Below are positions 1 through 11,800 of a stretch of 64,000 nt of DNA, one piece after another (positions within the stretch are counted from its first letter, which is position 1; every line of letters starts with the position of its first letter). Origin of the DNA: Nemertoderma westbladi (lineage: Eukaryota; Animalia; Xenacoelomorpha); the NCBI GenBank assembly GCA_032718475.1, contig JAUCBJ010007821.1:1-64000 (forward strand). The letters are read 5' to 3'. The position numbers were made by a program, and so were the translations under genes. Below the pieces are notes generated by a model. That model was not told where the DNA came from, made no database searches, and saw only the letters and a list, made by a program, of their open reading frames with translations.

Positions 1-1055
1 TTATCATGTAACAGGATTCGTTTTCGTCGGAGAACTCGTCTGTATAGAATCCTTCCATCTCAGATTGATCAGTGTCGTTCACATCACTGAATTGGACATG
101 TAGCTCGGAATCACTTACCTGATTCGGACTATTTCGATCGAATTCAGCGTGCAACAAGATATGATGTTTCGCACCACACTTTGCACACCTTATGTCAGAG
201 AAACAGGTTCGCCATTGGTGTCCTTGTCTGAGGCAATTATAACATAACCGCTTATCCCACATGACTTCGCGTCTCTCCGTTAATGATTTCTTTAGAAATT
301 CATCACACCTATTCAAATGGTGGGTCCCGTCACACAGCGCACATTTCGGTTTGATGTTACTTACCTTATTCTGAGTCACATTGTGTACACTTGCCTTTTC
401 TTCGGGCTTTCTCACCTGAATTCTCTTGGGAGACGTGGGAGGAGTTTTTCTTACCTGTTCTCTTCTGTCATTTGCTCGAGACTTGAATTTACTTACCTGA
501 TCTTTAGGCATTTTATTGACATAATAAGATCTATCAGTGTCTATCCCGCTATCTTCTCCTTGAGAAGTCTGGCTTTCGCCGTCGTCTGTATAACACACTG
601 GTGTTACCTTTCTCCTAGAGACGGGTTTTTCACTTACCTTGTTTTCCGGTGTCTTCTCTCGGGACTGCTTGAGGAGTTGCAATTTCACTTCTCCATCCAA
701 GAATGTCATGAGATCAGCCATGGTAGGGTCTCGTCGTTGTTGTTCCATCATATATAGTACTTTCTTATCCCAGCGTGTGCCTACCCCACCTTTGTAAAGT
801 GTAAAGTAGAAGCCACAGCTCCAATGACCATAGAACTTTGGTATTCATGAGACTTTCCTAACCAATCTAATTGTCTACAGATCTCTTGAATCTCATCGGA
901 AAACTCTATTATCCCACTGCTGATGAACTTTCTGGGCGCTACTAATTTTGCATATAAATACTTAGCGATATTATTCCTATTACCATACCTGATGTTTAGT
1001 GTGTCCCAAACTTGTCTTAATCCGTCTGGATGTCCAATAAACTTTAACGCCATTA
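1..1055 (-). pseudogene. 3' part of gag of an older BEL/Pao retrotransposon (continuation of 23451-25897)
   Basis: Joining across the TSD ACTTG restores ...CLEGSPK-LMALKFIGHPDGL.... There is a frameshift near 800, then RWDKKV..PTMADLMTFL and BEL-type knuckles CYNCLRQGHQWRTC / CAKCGAKHHILLH at about 145-250. Confidence 0.85.
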
Positions 1056-1060
1056 ACTTG

Positions 1061-4000
1061 TGTTACGGTATATGGCGCTGTATCCACAGTATTAGTCCAT
1101 TATGCAGTATGCAGTATTAGTCCATTATGCAGTATGCAATATTAGTCCGTTATACTGTACGTAATATTAGTCCGTTGTGCAGTATAATTATTTAGATAAG
1201 GCACAGTGTGGTGACATTTAGGTAAGGAAGTTAAAACGCCCATATATTTTGCATCCATTCATTTTGTATAGTATGTAGCCCTACCTACGTAATTTTGTAT
1301 TAGGATATATGTAGATAGTTCCAGGGTAGCGAGTTTACTCGGACCCTGGATTTTTGTGCTTGCTGATATTAGTTTGATAGGGCTAGCATATAGGGACGCC
1401 GTCCTGGCCATTCAGCAGCCAGAGACGTGAACCATTACCATATATGGTAATAATTTGAGCAATAGGGCTACAATCCGGCCTCCTTATTGGATTAACTGCT
1501 TCCAGGTTGGTCTAATGCTAGCATGGACTGGAGAGCCAATAGGAGAGCGATTGAGTCACCCTATTGCATCATCCCATATGGATCACCTATAAATTGGCGG
1601 TGTGCCGGTAGAGCCTTACTGTTCAACCTGTTATCGATCGATTCAACCTTCACTGCTGTTGTACTTGCTGAGCTGTCTCTATTCAATTTTGACGGATTTT
1701 AGAGTATTTTTGCAATTTGATTAATTTCTTGAAATGATTTGCTAGTGCGATTACTCTTGCTTGTGTTTCTCAATTAATTCCTTCGATTACTGCTAATTAC
1801 AACTGAACTATGATTTCTACCTTTTGATTAATGGTTCTATGTGATTCTTTTCTGCGCAATAATCCTAAGGGATTTCTGAGACTGTCAGACTTTGTGATTT
1901 GCATGCGCCGCTACGGTAGCTATTAGCATAATGGAGGTCTAAGGCGCCAGTGGGCGGTGGGCACATCGGGGGGTTGAGCGACTAAGGGAGAGCGGAGGAT
2001 TCAAAAGCGGGCAACGCTGGCGGGGGTCAACGTTGCGGTCGGGCAGTTTGGACTGTGGGTTGGAGACCGCTCGCCGGTACAGTAATTAGGGGGCTGATGA
2101 TCCAAGGTTTTGTCTCTATTTAGTATTAGGGGGCAGGAATTGGGTTAGTTAGGAAGCCTAGATGTACCCGGGAGGGGCCTGCATACCTTACAGTGGTAAT
2201 GGTGAAAAATATCGAGACTTGAAAAATATCGAGAGTAAAAATAACGAGAGTAAAAATATCGAGAGTAAAAATAACGAGTGTTGAAAATTAACGTGATTAA
2301 AAAATATCGAGAGTAAAAATAACGCGAGATGAAAAATATCGAAAATAACGAGTGTTGAAAAATATCGAGTGTTGAAAAATATCGAGAGTAAAAATATCGA
2401 GTGTTGAAAAATATCGAGAGTAAAAATATCGAGTGTTGAAAAATATCGAGAGTAAAAATATCGAGTGTTGAAAAATATCGAGAGTAAAAATATCGAGTGT
2501 TGAAAAATATCGAGAGTAAAAATATCGAGTGTTGAAAAATATCGAGAGTAAAAATATCGAGTGTTGAAAAATATCGAGTGTTGAAAAATATCGAGAGTAA
2601 AAATATTGCATTTTGCTTGAGCATTTTATTTAGAATTATGGAACAATATTGCAGTGCATGGGTTACAACAGTGCAAGTGCTAGTGAATGGCATTATGTAA
2701 TACACCTTGGGTACCCATTTACCAGATTTATTATACTAGCTAGTTTTTGCTATTTTTTTAATAAATATGATAAATGAAGTGCTAGCTATAAATTTTGATA
2801 AATATTATAAATATTGTTAAATATTATATTAGAACACGTATAAGCTACCAAATATTTATAAATATTGTTGTTCTAGAACATTTTTAGTAAAAAAAATTAT
2901 CATACAACCCTTATTTAAAAAAATTGTTACTATCGATATTTTTACTCTCGATATTTTTCAACATTCTATATTTTTTTCAACACTCGACATTTTTACTCTC
3001 GATATTTTTCAACATTCTATATTTTTTTCAACACTCGAAATTTTTACTCTCGATATTTTTCAACACTCGATATTTTTCAACACTCGATATTTTTCAACAC
3101 TCGATATTATTCAACACTCGATATTTTTACTCTCGATATTTTTCAACACTCGATATTTTTACTCTCGATATTTTTCAACACTCGATATTTTTACTCTCGA
3201 TATTTTTCAACACTCGATATTTTTACTCTCGATATTTTTCAACACTCGATATTTTTACTCTCGATATTTTTCAACACTCGATATTTTTACTCTCGATATT
3301 TTTCAACACTCGATATTTTTACTCTCGATATTTTTCAACACTCGATATTTTTACTCTCGATATTTTTCAACACTCGATATTTTTACTCTCGATATTTTTA
3401 CTCTCGATATTTTTCAACACTCGGTATTTTTACTCTCGATATTTTTACCCTCGATATTTTTACTCTCGATATTTTTTGAACTCTCGATATTATCGTTATT
3501 TTTCAACACTCGATGTTTTTACTCGCGTTATTTTTACTCTCGATATTTTTCATGTCTCGATATTTTTCAATATAACCCTTACAGTAAGTAAGTAAGTAAG
3601 TAAGTAAGTTGCGAAGTAAGTAGATTGCGAATTAGTCAATTGCGAATTATTATGTTGCGAATTATATAATTGCAGATTGTATAATTGCAAGTCGTGCTAT
3701 TGTGATCTGTGATTGCTGACGCTGATTGGTGTGTTACTGAAGTGTGCCTATGATTACGAATGCTTAGGTAGGCGCCCCCTTTCCTTTTGATTGATTTCTA
3801 TCTCTTAGTTTACTGTAAATAATTACTGATTAGGTCAAAGTAATACAGTATTTTAGGCTGTTACATATTTGTGACTGTAATTAATTAGTAAAATTAAGAA
3901 TTAGTACGCAGCATAGCAGAGAGTAGCTAAGGTAATAATTAGAGTACCGTAAACTATTCACGTTGAGCGGTTATTTGAATTAGCGGGCAATAAACTAGAT

Positions 4001-4633
4001 CGCAATAGTTAGTACGCAAGACACTAGTAAGTTGCTGGCCTAAAGCCAGCTGCAGGCAAGTTTAGACCCAGAGCGGTATCACCCACGAAAGACATTGTAC
4101 TGTACCAATTTTGATTTATTTTAAACATTCTCGCATTCACACATTTCGTTAGGGAACCCTCCGTATTCGCGATTAGAAAAGACGTAGGCATTAGCGTACT
4201 TCAACAGTAGTAAAATTAGGCGTAAGAATATACTCTGAGTGCAAAGCCCCTCGCACTCGTCTTAAGTAAGCTTAGGGAGCCGACTCGGGTTTATTGTTTT
4301 GGTTATTCCCGCGTGGCTCATAGATTCGAACAGTTAGCTCTCTATCGAGCGATCGGTAGAGAAAGGAACAAGCGATTTTGCAGGAGCTGTGTAAATTTAG
4401 TAAAATATATTAGCGGACGGCAGATTAGCGCCATCCAACGGTAAGTAGCGGTTTTGTATTTAGCAACCCTTACAATTTAGTAATAGCACGCTCCTGATCC
4501 CCTTTACTTAACAGTAGAGCAGTCTTTGTGTCTTATTGGTTAGGCGAGAGCTCATTAGGTTGGCAGAGAGGTATACGGGTATTTGTCTGTTCAACAGTTC
4601 TGCTGTTAGTATAGGTGTCGCGGTTGTTTAACA
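1061..4633 (+). repeat. 5' LTR of element 1 (2182 bp plus 1391-bp insertion)
   Basis: Matches 21264-23445 once 2195-3585 is removed. TATAAA at 1588, ~25-bp tandem repeats at 1088-1185, (GTAA)n at 3584-3608. Confidence 0.95.
2195..3577. mobile_element. Non-autonomous foldback-type DNA transposon (Merlin- or Mutator-like termini)
   Basis: Absent from the 3' LTR. TSD CTTACAGT (2187-2194, 3578-3585; 9 bp if CCTTACAGT). GG...CC ends with imperfect TIR GGTAATGGTGAAAAATATCGAGAC / GGTTATATTGAAAAATATCGAGAC. Arms are inverted arrays of 15+17-bp units around an AT-rich spacer. Confidence 0.9.
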
Positions 4634-5808
4634 GTAAGGTATGTGTTATTGTCTGCTGTAGGCCTACCGCGTACAGTAGGACATAGAGTATATTCTTAGG
4701 CCGTGAAGATTTAGATTTACTGATACTTCGTAACAGTAAGGTACGGTATGTTTTATTGGCTGTTGCTTGCAGCAGTCAATAGTGTATTCTTAGGTTGTTA
4801 GTTTATATTACTGTATTCACTGGCTGCGTACACTAGTACAGTAGTACATTAGGCTGATTGCTGTTACTGCGTACGGTAGAAGGACATTTGTTTGCCGTAC
4901 CACACACAGTATCATTAGGCTGTTAGGTTGGTGTACTGTTTTACTTACTGTACTGCATACAGTGGATGTACGGTAGTGCGTTTTGCTAATTGCGAATACA
5001 GCAGTTCCTTAGGCCTTAGGGCAAACAGTAATTAGTAAGTTTTTTGAAAATTTTAGCTAGGTTTGCGAGAATTCAGTTTTCGGTCAAAATTATTTGTAAA
5101 ATTCTAGAGTTTTGTACCGGCATGACCGGTATGTTAGGTAACCGTTTAGTTATTTTATACCATCTGGAGATACATGGCAAGACGGAACTTCTGAGTTTGG
5201 GGTTCGTGTGGGTCTGCGGGTTCGGTTTGCAATCAGCGAAGGGACTGAATCTTTGGACGCGGACGTGGAATCTCACAGCAAACAAGGTTAGTTGTTCTGT
5301 TGGCACCACTGTGTTTGTGGAAGCAGTAAAAAATTACCGGTTGTTTAACTGCGAAGCTGAACTCAATTTATTAGTTCTGTAGTTAGGATATTTAGGTTTA
5401 GCCGGCCATGGTTTTTGAATCGCTCAAGTTAGAGAGAGAGTTAGAGAGAGTCGCAACCCGAAGATGTAGCCACGCGCTAGTGGATACATATAATATTTGA
5501 AATTAAAATTACGTTGATTATTTTTTTTATTAGAGCTATATATAAAATTAGAAATATTCGGGTGGCAAGTTTATTTTGAATATTTTGTATTAGATTCAAG
5601 GTTATTTTGTGCTATACCGGTATTTAATATTATATAGTAGCTATATAATAATATTTTGTTTAAATATTGTGCTAGTATTTGCTATAACTATATACCCCAT
5701 TAAATTCACAATATTGCATTGCGAATTTATTTGACATTTTGGACCAACTGATTATTTGACAATTAATTTGACCGTATTTCGGTTAAATTATAATTATATC
5801 TCGAACTT

Positions 5809-8800
5809 TTGCGAGATTTTTGCCGGAAGGCAAACATTATTAAGACTATGAGTGTCTCAGACAAAGAGGCACTAGAGGACAGCTATGAGACGGCGGCTGG
5901 ACCGCCGACTGACGATAGCGTAAATATTACTGTTGACGACAATGCCGACTATGACGACGCAGCGAGCGACGCTGACGTAAGTGAACAGGAGGACGAGACA
6001 GTGACTAGTGAGGAAGAAGAACTACCTCAGGTAATAGTATTAGGATCCCCTACCACTACTGTAAGGAAGGACCGCACAGCAGCCCGGACAGAGGTGAGTG
6101 ATAGGGAGGGTAGTGTAGCAGAAGCGAGAGCCCGGAGCCCGGTTTCCAGACCTGTGGGTATGGTAAGTGCCGTGGTCCCAACGGCTGTTAGGAGTACCCG
6201 TAGTTCCCGAAATAATCCTTCAAGTCCACCGAGTGTGAGTCAGGTAAGCGAGAGAGAACTTGATATCGCGATAAAGAAGAAACTTCGCGCGCACGCCGGA
6301 CATATAACTCGGACGACGGACAAGGTAAGGAAGATGTTAGCCGACTCAGCGAACATCGGACGGGAAGGGTTAGTAGAGATTAGAAGAGGATATAACTCAG
6401 CGTTATTCAAGCAGACGGAGGAGCTTGCAGTCCTAGCGAAGAAGGCAGTAGAGTCTCAGTCGAGCGACGTGGCGACGAGGATTTACGACAGGGTTTTAGC
6501 AGCCTTGTTGGAGCACCGCGAGTTATCGGAGCGATTCCGACGAGTTAGGACGGAGAACTGGCTGCTATGGGCATCACAAACGCAGGCGACTCAGGTGAGT
6601 GACGCAGATTTAAGAGACTTAGTGGAGCGGGAAGAGATCCAAGATAAGGAAGAGCGCCGTTATCAGAGGGAAGTTACTAGCTGGCTGATGCAGAATGGAG
6701 TGGTGGTACCAGGCCAGGTGCTACCGACGACGGAGAACATTCAACAGAGGACGTTAACTCCACCCGACGATGCATCCAGAGACAGCGGCGATTCCCAGGT
6801 TAGTCACGCGCGAGGGAAAGTTATATGTGCTAGATCCCTTGTTTCTCACAACTCGGCGGAGGAGAGAAGACGCCGACTAGACGAACAGCAGGCGGAAGTT
6901 TTGCGTGCATCGGAAGCACGGAAGGAAGCTGAGCGGGAACGGGAGCGCGCACGTAAGTTAGACGCAAAGTTGCGGGAGTTGGAAGACAAAGGTAAGCGTG
7001 AGCAAGCGGAACGCGAACGAAAAGAACGCGAACTCCAACTGAAACGCGAACAGAAAGAACGCGAACTCCAACTTGAACGCGAACGGGAAGCGAAGAAACG
7101 CGAACTCCAACTCGAACGCGAACAGGAAGCGAAGAAACGCGAACTCCAACTCGAACGCGAACAGGAAGCGAAGAAACGCGAACTCCAACTCGAACGCGAA
7201 CAGAAAGAACGCGAAATCGAACTTGAACGCGAACGCAAGGAACGCGAACTCGAGATCGAGAAGGAGCGACAGATGTTGTATGAAGAAAAGGCGCGACTGG
7301 AAGAAGAGAGCGTAGCGAGACGAGCGAGGGAAGAAGAAGAACGTAAACTGGCGCAGTTGGAAAGTGCGAGATTAAGTTTAGAGAGCGAAGAACGGACTAG
7401 GAAGGCGAACGAAATCGCCGAGAAGGGGATGCGAATGATCGAAGAATGTGGGGCGAGTGTAGGGACAGAGTTGCGAGAACTGTTCGCACTGCAGAAGGCC
7501 AAACAGGAAGCGAGAACTCCGGCTATACGCGAGTCGACGACGACCAGAATTCCTATACCCGGTCCAGCTATTACGAGTACACGGATCGCTAAACCGTTCT
7601 CTACATATCGCACGCCAGTTGGTATTAGTGCTTCACCTATCGCGCAGGATCTACGTCATCGGAACACCGCACCACTATACACCGAACGAGAGAATGAAGA
7701 GTTTAGAGAAACTCCGACGGGACGAGTACTTGGCGAACCGAACCCGCGGGTTTGGAATACGCGGACGGAGCGCCGACCCAGTTCGACGGAGAACTTCCGG
7801 GTTAAACCGGAAGAGGGATCATATGAGAGACAGCGGATTACTCAGATAGAGCCGACTATACAACAGAACCCTAGCCAGGAATTTATTACGAGGGATGAGT
7901 TAAGTGCTAGTTTAGCGCAAGCTATATCGCCGCACATCCAACCTATAACGGACATGCTTAGCAACCTACGGTTAAAGGAAGCAGCCCAGGTAAGAAGTAA
8001 TTCTAATCCCAGCAGGCCTGAGTTAGATAAAGTCCAGCCTAGTCAACGAGTACGTATATCGGAGGAAACTATACCACATAGACCTCAGGTAAGGACGCCT
8101 GTCCCGAATATCCATAATCCCAATTTCGAAAATTCGGCAGAGAAATTTATTGAGGATGCTTGGATCAGGGCCTCGGCGCGCAAACCATCGCGAGCGCTAA
8201 GGACTGACACCGAGTCAAGCGATGAAGAGGAAGAAATGAGACGTCAGAAGTCCCGAAACTATAAGGAAAGAAGGACCGACGCGGAGCAGGTAAGTTGCAA
8301 CCACCGGGAAAGGACCAGACTTAACAACCCTGCGGAACTAAACCATTTGTTAACCCGGAACGACGCAACCCTTAGGGACATAGGTAAGTTTGCTGCTAGG
8401 CAAGGACTGCCGACGCAACAACCCCAGAAGTTTATGGGCAACCATAAGCATTGGAGGACCTTCAAAACCTATGTCGACGAGCAGCTAACCAACAGCACCT
8501 TTACTCCCAACGAGAAGTTCAACTATTTGCTTCAGATGCTCCATCGAGAACCTAGAGCCATTGCTGATAACTTCGTCGGCAATGAAAGGGCATTTGAGTT
8601 AGCGATGAAGACGCTTAGTGACATCTACGGGAATAAAACCAAGATGGCGCAGTCGATAGTAGAAGACTTGGGTAAGGGCGGAAGGATTACAACTCCGTTA
8701 GAGCTGTTGAACTTAGCGAACGCTATTTCGAACGCATTGGACATCTTGAGGACGGTGAATCTACCTCATCATGGTGATCACGCCGAGGTTTTGAAAAGCG

Positions 8801-11800
8801 TAATAAGACGTTTAAACATGCGTTATCGACAGAAATGGCGCAAATTAGAGAATAAGTTGGAGGGCCAAGGTAAAGTATTGACACTTCAGCATATTCATGA
8901 CATGATAGCCACAGACGCAGTAGCAGAGATGAAATCAAACTTCTCAGAAGAGAATATGAGGGAGTCTAAACCTGTTACCGGTAAGTCTATGGTAAGTTTT
9001 GACGATGACAGGACCACTGTGACATTTAACTCAGTAGACAGATATAATTCGAGTACCCCAGCCTTTAGATCAGACTCGCGAGTATGGTCAGGTGAGCGGT
9101 TAGATAGACCTAGGTTAAAGCAACAGGAGTTGCCGGATGGATTTGTAGGTTGCCAATACTGTTTACTAAAGGAGGTAAGATCTGACGACCATAAGTTAGA
9201 TAGTTGCAGACGGTTCAAAGAATTAAATTCGGAACAGAGAAGAGTTCAAGTGCGGACGTTGGACACCTGTTGGGCATGTCTTGCGCCAGGTCATGTACGG
9301 CGGCAGTGCCCGAACAGCAAGGACGGATGCATGGAATGCGGCAGACTACATCACAAGTTGCTACATGCGGATTTCCACACCCCAACGGACCGTTACTTAC
9401 AGCGAAATCCTCACAGGAAGGGGAGCAAAGAACCCGTATCGATAAGGAGGAATACGTACACTGGCATCCAGGACGATGGTTACCAACCAGGTTCGTCGGA
9501 CGAGGATGGCGAGTCGAGCGCAAGAGAAGTGACCTGCCAAGGTTTCACCGCGGATAGTTCATCGACCAGCGCACGGACGTATTTATCATCGGCCACGTCG
9601 GAAATATTTAGCGTGATTCCGGTGAAACTCACTGGAGATAAGGGATCGAAACGAATATATGTGATGTTGGACACTGCGTCCACATTATCGTATATCGACG
9701 AGGAAGTGGCGAGAGCCGTTTCTAGCTTCCAGGACGCCGAGGAGATCCAAATAGAGTTGAAGTCTATGCACGGGGTAGGAGACCTCAAGGGACACAGAAT
9801 TTCGGTAGAACTAGATTCCCTACTTCCGAGAGACCAACACACTCGACAAGAACGGAAAGCTTTGCCATTGGACGGATTTAAGTGTCTAGCTATGAAGGGA
9901 TTCGGCAGGCAGTTAGGTAAGGTGCCGCCGATGAGTCCCATAGCACAGGAGTATTTTGACAAGCTCAGGATACCCAGACACCAGGTAGGTTATAGGAATG
10001 TTTCTATGTTGATTGGTGCAGAACAGCTGATCGCACACCAGATATGGGAAACGAGACCAGCTGAGCCGCATGTCAATGGACCACATGCCCATAGGACCAT
10101 ATTAGGTTGGTATACACGAGTACCCATGTCTTATGAGTTTACAGGTGGCGACAAGCCAATAAACAGATACGACGAATTACAGCCTATAACTCAACCACCG
10201 TTAGTAGAACCACCAGACATAGACGAGTTTAGGAGAACCTGTATTGACCACTATAGTGACTTTAGCGAGTCGGACGAGGAGTTGATTCCCGATAATGTTA
10301 GGTTGTCGGAACCACTTCACAACGACCGGACAGATAGTGAACCCGAGGACTACTGTTATCAGACCCGTGGGTCTGGTTCAGCGGCCCACGCTACTTATCT
10401 GACTAACGTTTTGACTTATACAGACATAGTGGAGGGTCAAGTGGCTAAATATCGAGACCTAGACATTTTCCAATACAGTGAGGAGGAATTACAGAAGGAA
10501 TTGATACGCCAGGACCTCGAGACAGGAGCCAGAACCGTCGAATGGCTGGATAGGGACGCAATGGAACCCGGTGGATATGACCTAGCCATGTCTACTGATG
10601 AGAAACGGTCGCTGGAGATGATGGAAGACACCATACGTCTGCTACCGACTGGACATTTTGAAGTTGGAATGTTGTGGCGTCGACAACCACCTAAGTTGGA
10701 GAACAACTACAACTTAGCCTTGAAAAGATTGAACGGAGTAAGGGCTCGGTTGTTGAAGAATCCAGGCATTAGGGAGAAGTATTGCGCCCAGATCAACAAC
10801 TATTTCGCCAAGGGATTTGCTGGGAAGGTAGAGGACCCTGACTTAGTGACAGACCAGACTTATTACCTTCCACACCACTATGTGACTCACCCTGACAAGC
10901 CAGACAAAGTCCGAGTAGTCAACGACTGCGCAGCAGTCTATAGAGGTATGTCCCTGAATTCAGAGTTGATGGATGGTCCCAACCTGAACAACTATTTGAT
11001 TGGAATACTGTTGCGTTTTAGACAGCGGCGATTCGCATTTACTTGTGACATCGAGGCGATGTTCCACCAGGTAAGAGCCTGTAAGGCAGACCAGGATAGC
11101 CTTCGCTTTCTCTGGTACGAGAATGAAGACTTATCCGGCCCAGTGGTTACATACCAAATGTACGTTAGGATATTTGGCGCCCGCGATAGTCCGAATGGCA
11201 CGCTGTTCGTTTTAAAGAAAACGGCAACAGCCCAGATTGGTAAGTATCCAGTAGAAGTAATCGAGTCCATCTTGAGAAACTTCTATATGGACGACGGATT
11301 GGTGTCCAAGGACACAGCGGAACAAGCCATAGAAGTGGCTCACGGCCTGCAGGAGTGCTTGGCTACAGGGGGTTTTCCTCTGACCAAGTTCACTACGAAT
11401 TCGGAGGCCCTATTAGAATCGTTCCCGGTGAAAGATCGCGGGAGCGGAGACATTGAATTGGGGGTAGAACCAATCCCCATGGCGCGAGTACTGGGACTCG
11501 CTTGGAACCCGAACTCAGACAAGTTCCAGGTAAGAGTTAGATTTGAGCCCAGTAGCCCAGACAAAGTTTTGACAAAGAGGATTTGCTTATCGACTTTAAG
11601 TAGACTATTTGACCCGATGAACTTTATCAGTCCGGTTATATTACAGGCACGAGCGTGCATGAGGAAAATTTGGTTGTCCGACGTAGAGTGGGACGAACCA
11701 ATATCTCCTATACATGCAAAGCAGTGGAGGGAGTGGGAAGCCGAGTTGCATCTATTGAAAAATATAGATGTACCCCGTTCCTACTTTCCGAATCAGCTGG

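Noticed and set aside
2145-3595. ORFs with repeating TLDIFQHSIFLLSIFFNTRYFYSRYFS
   Set aside because: Translations of the foldback element's tandem arrays.
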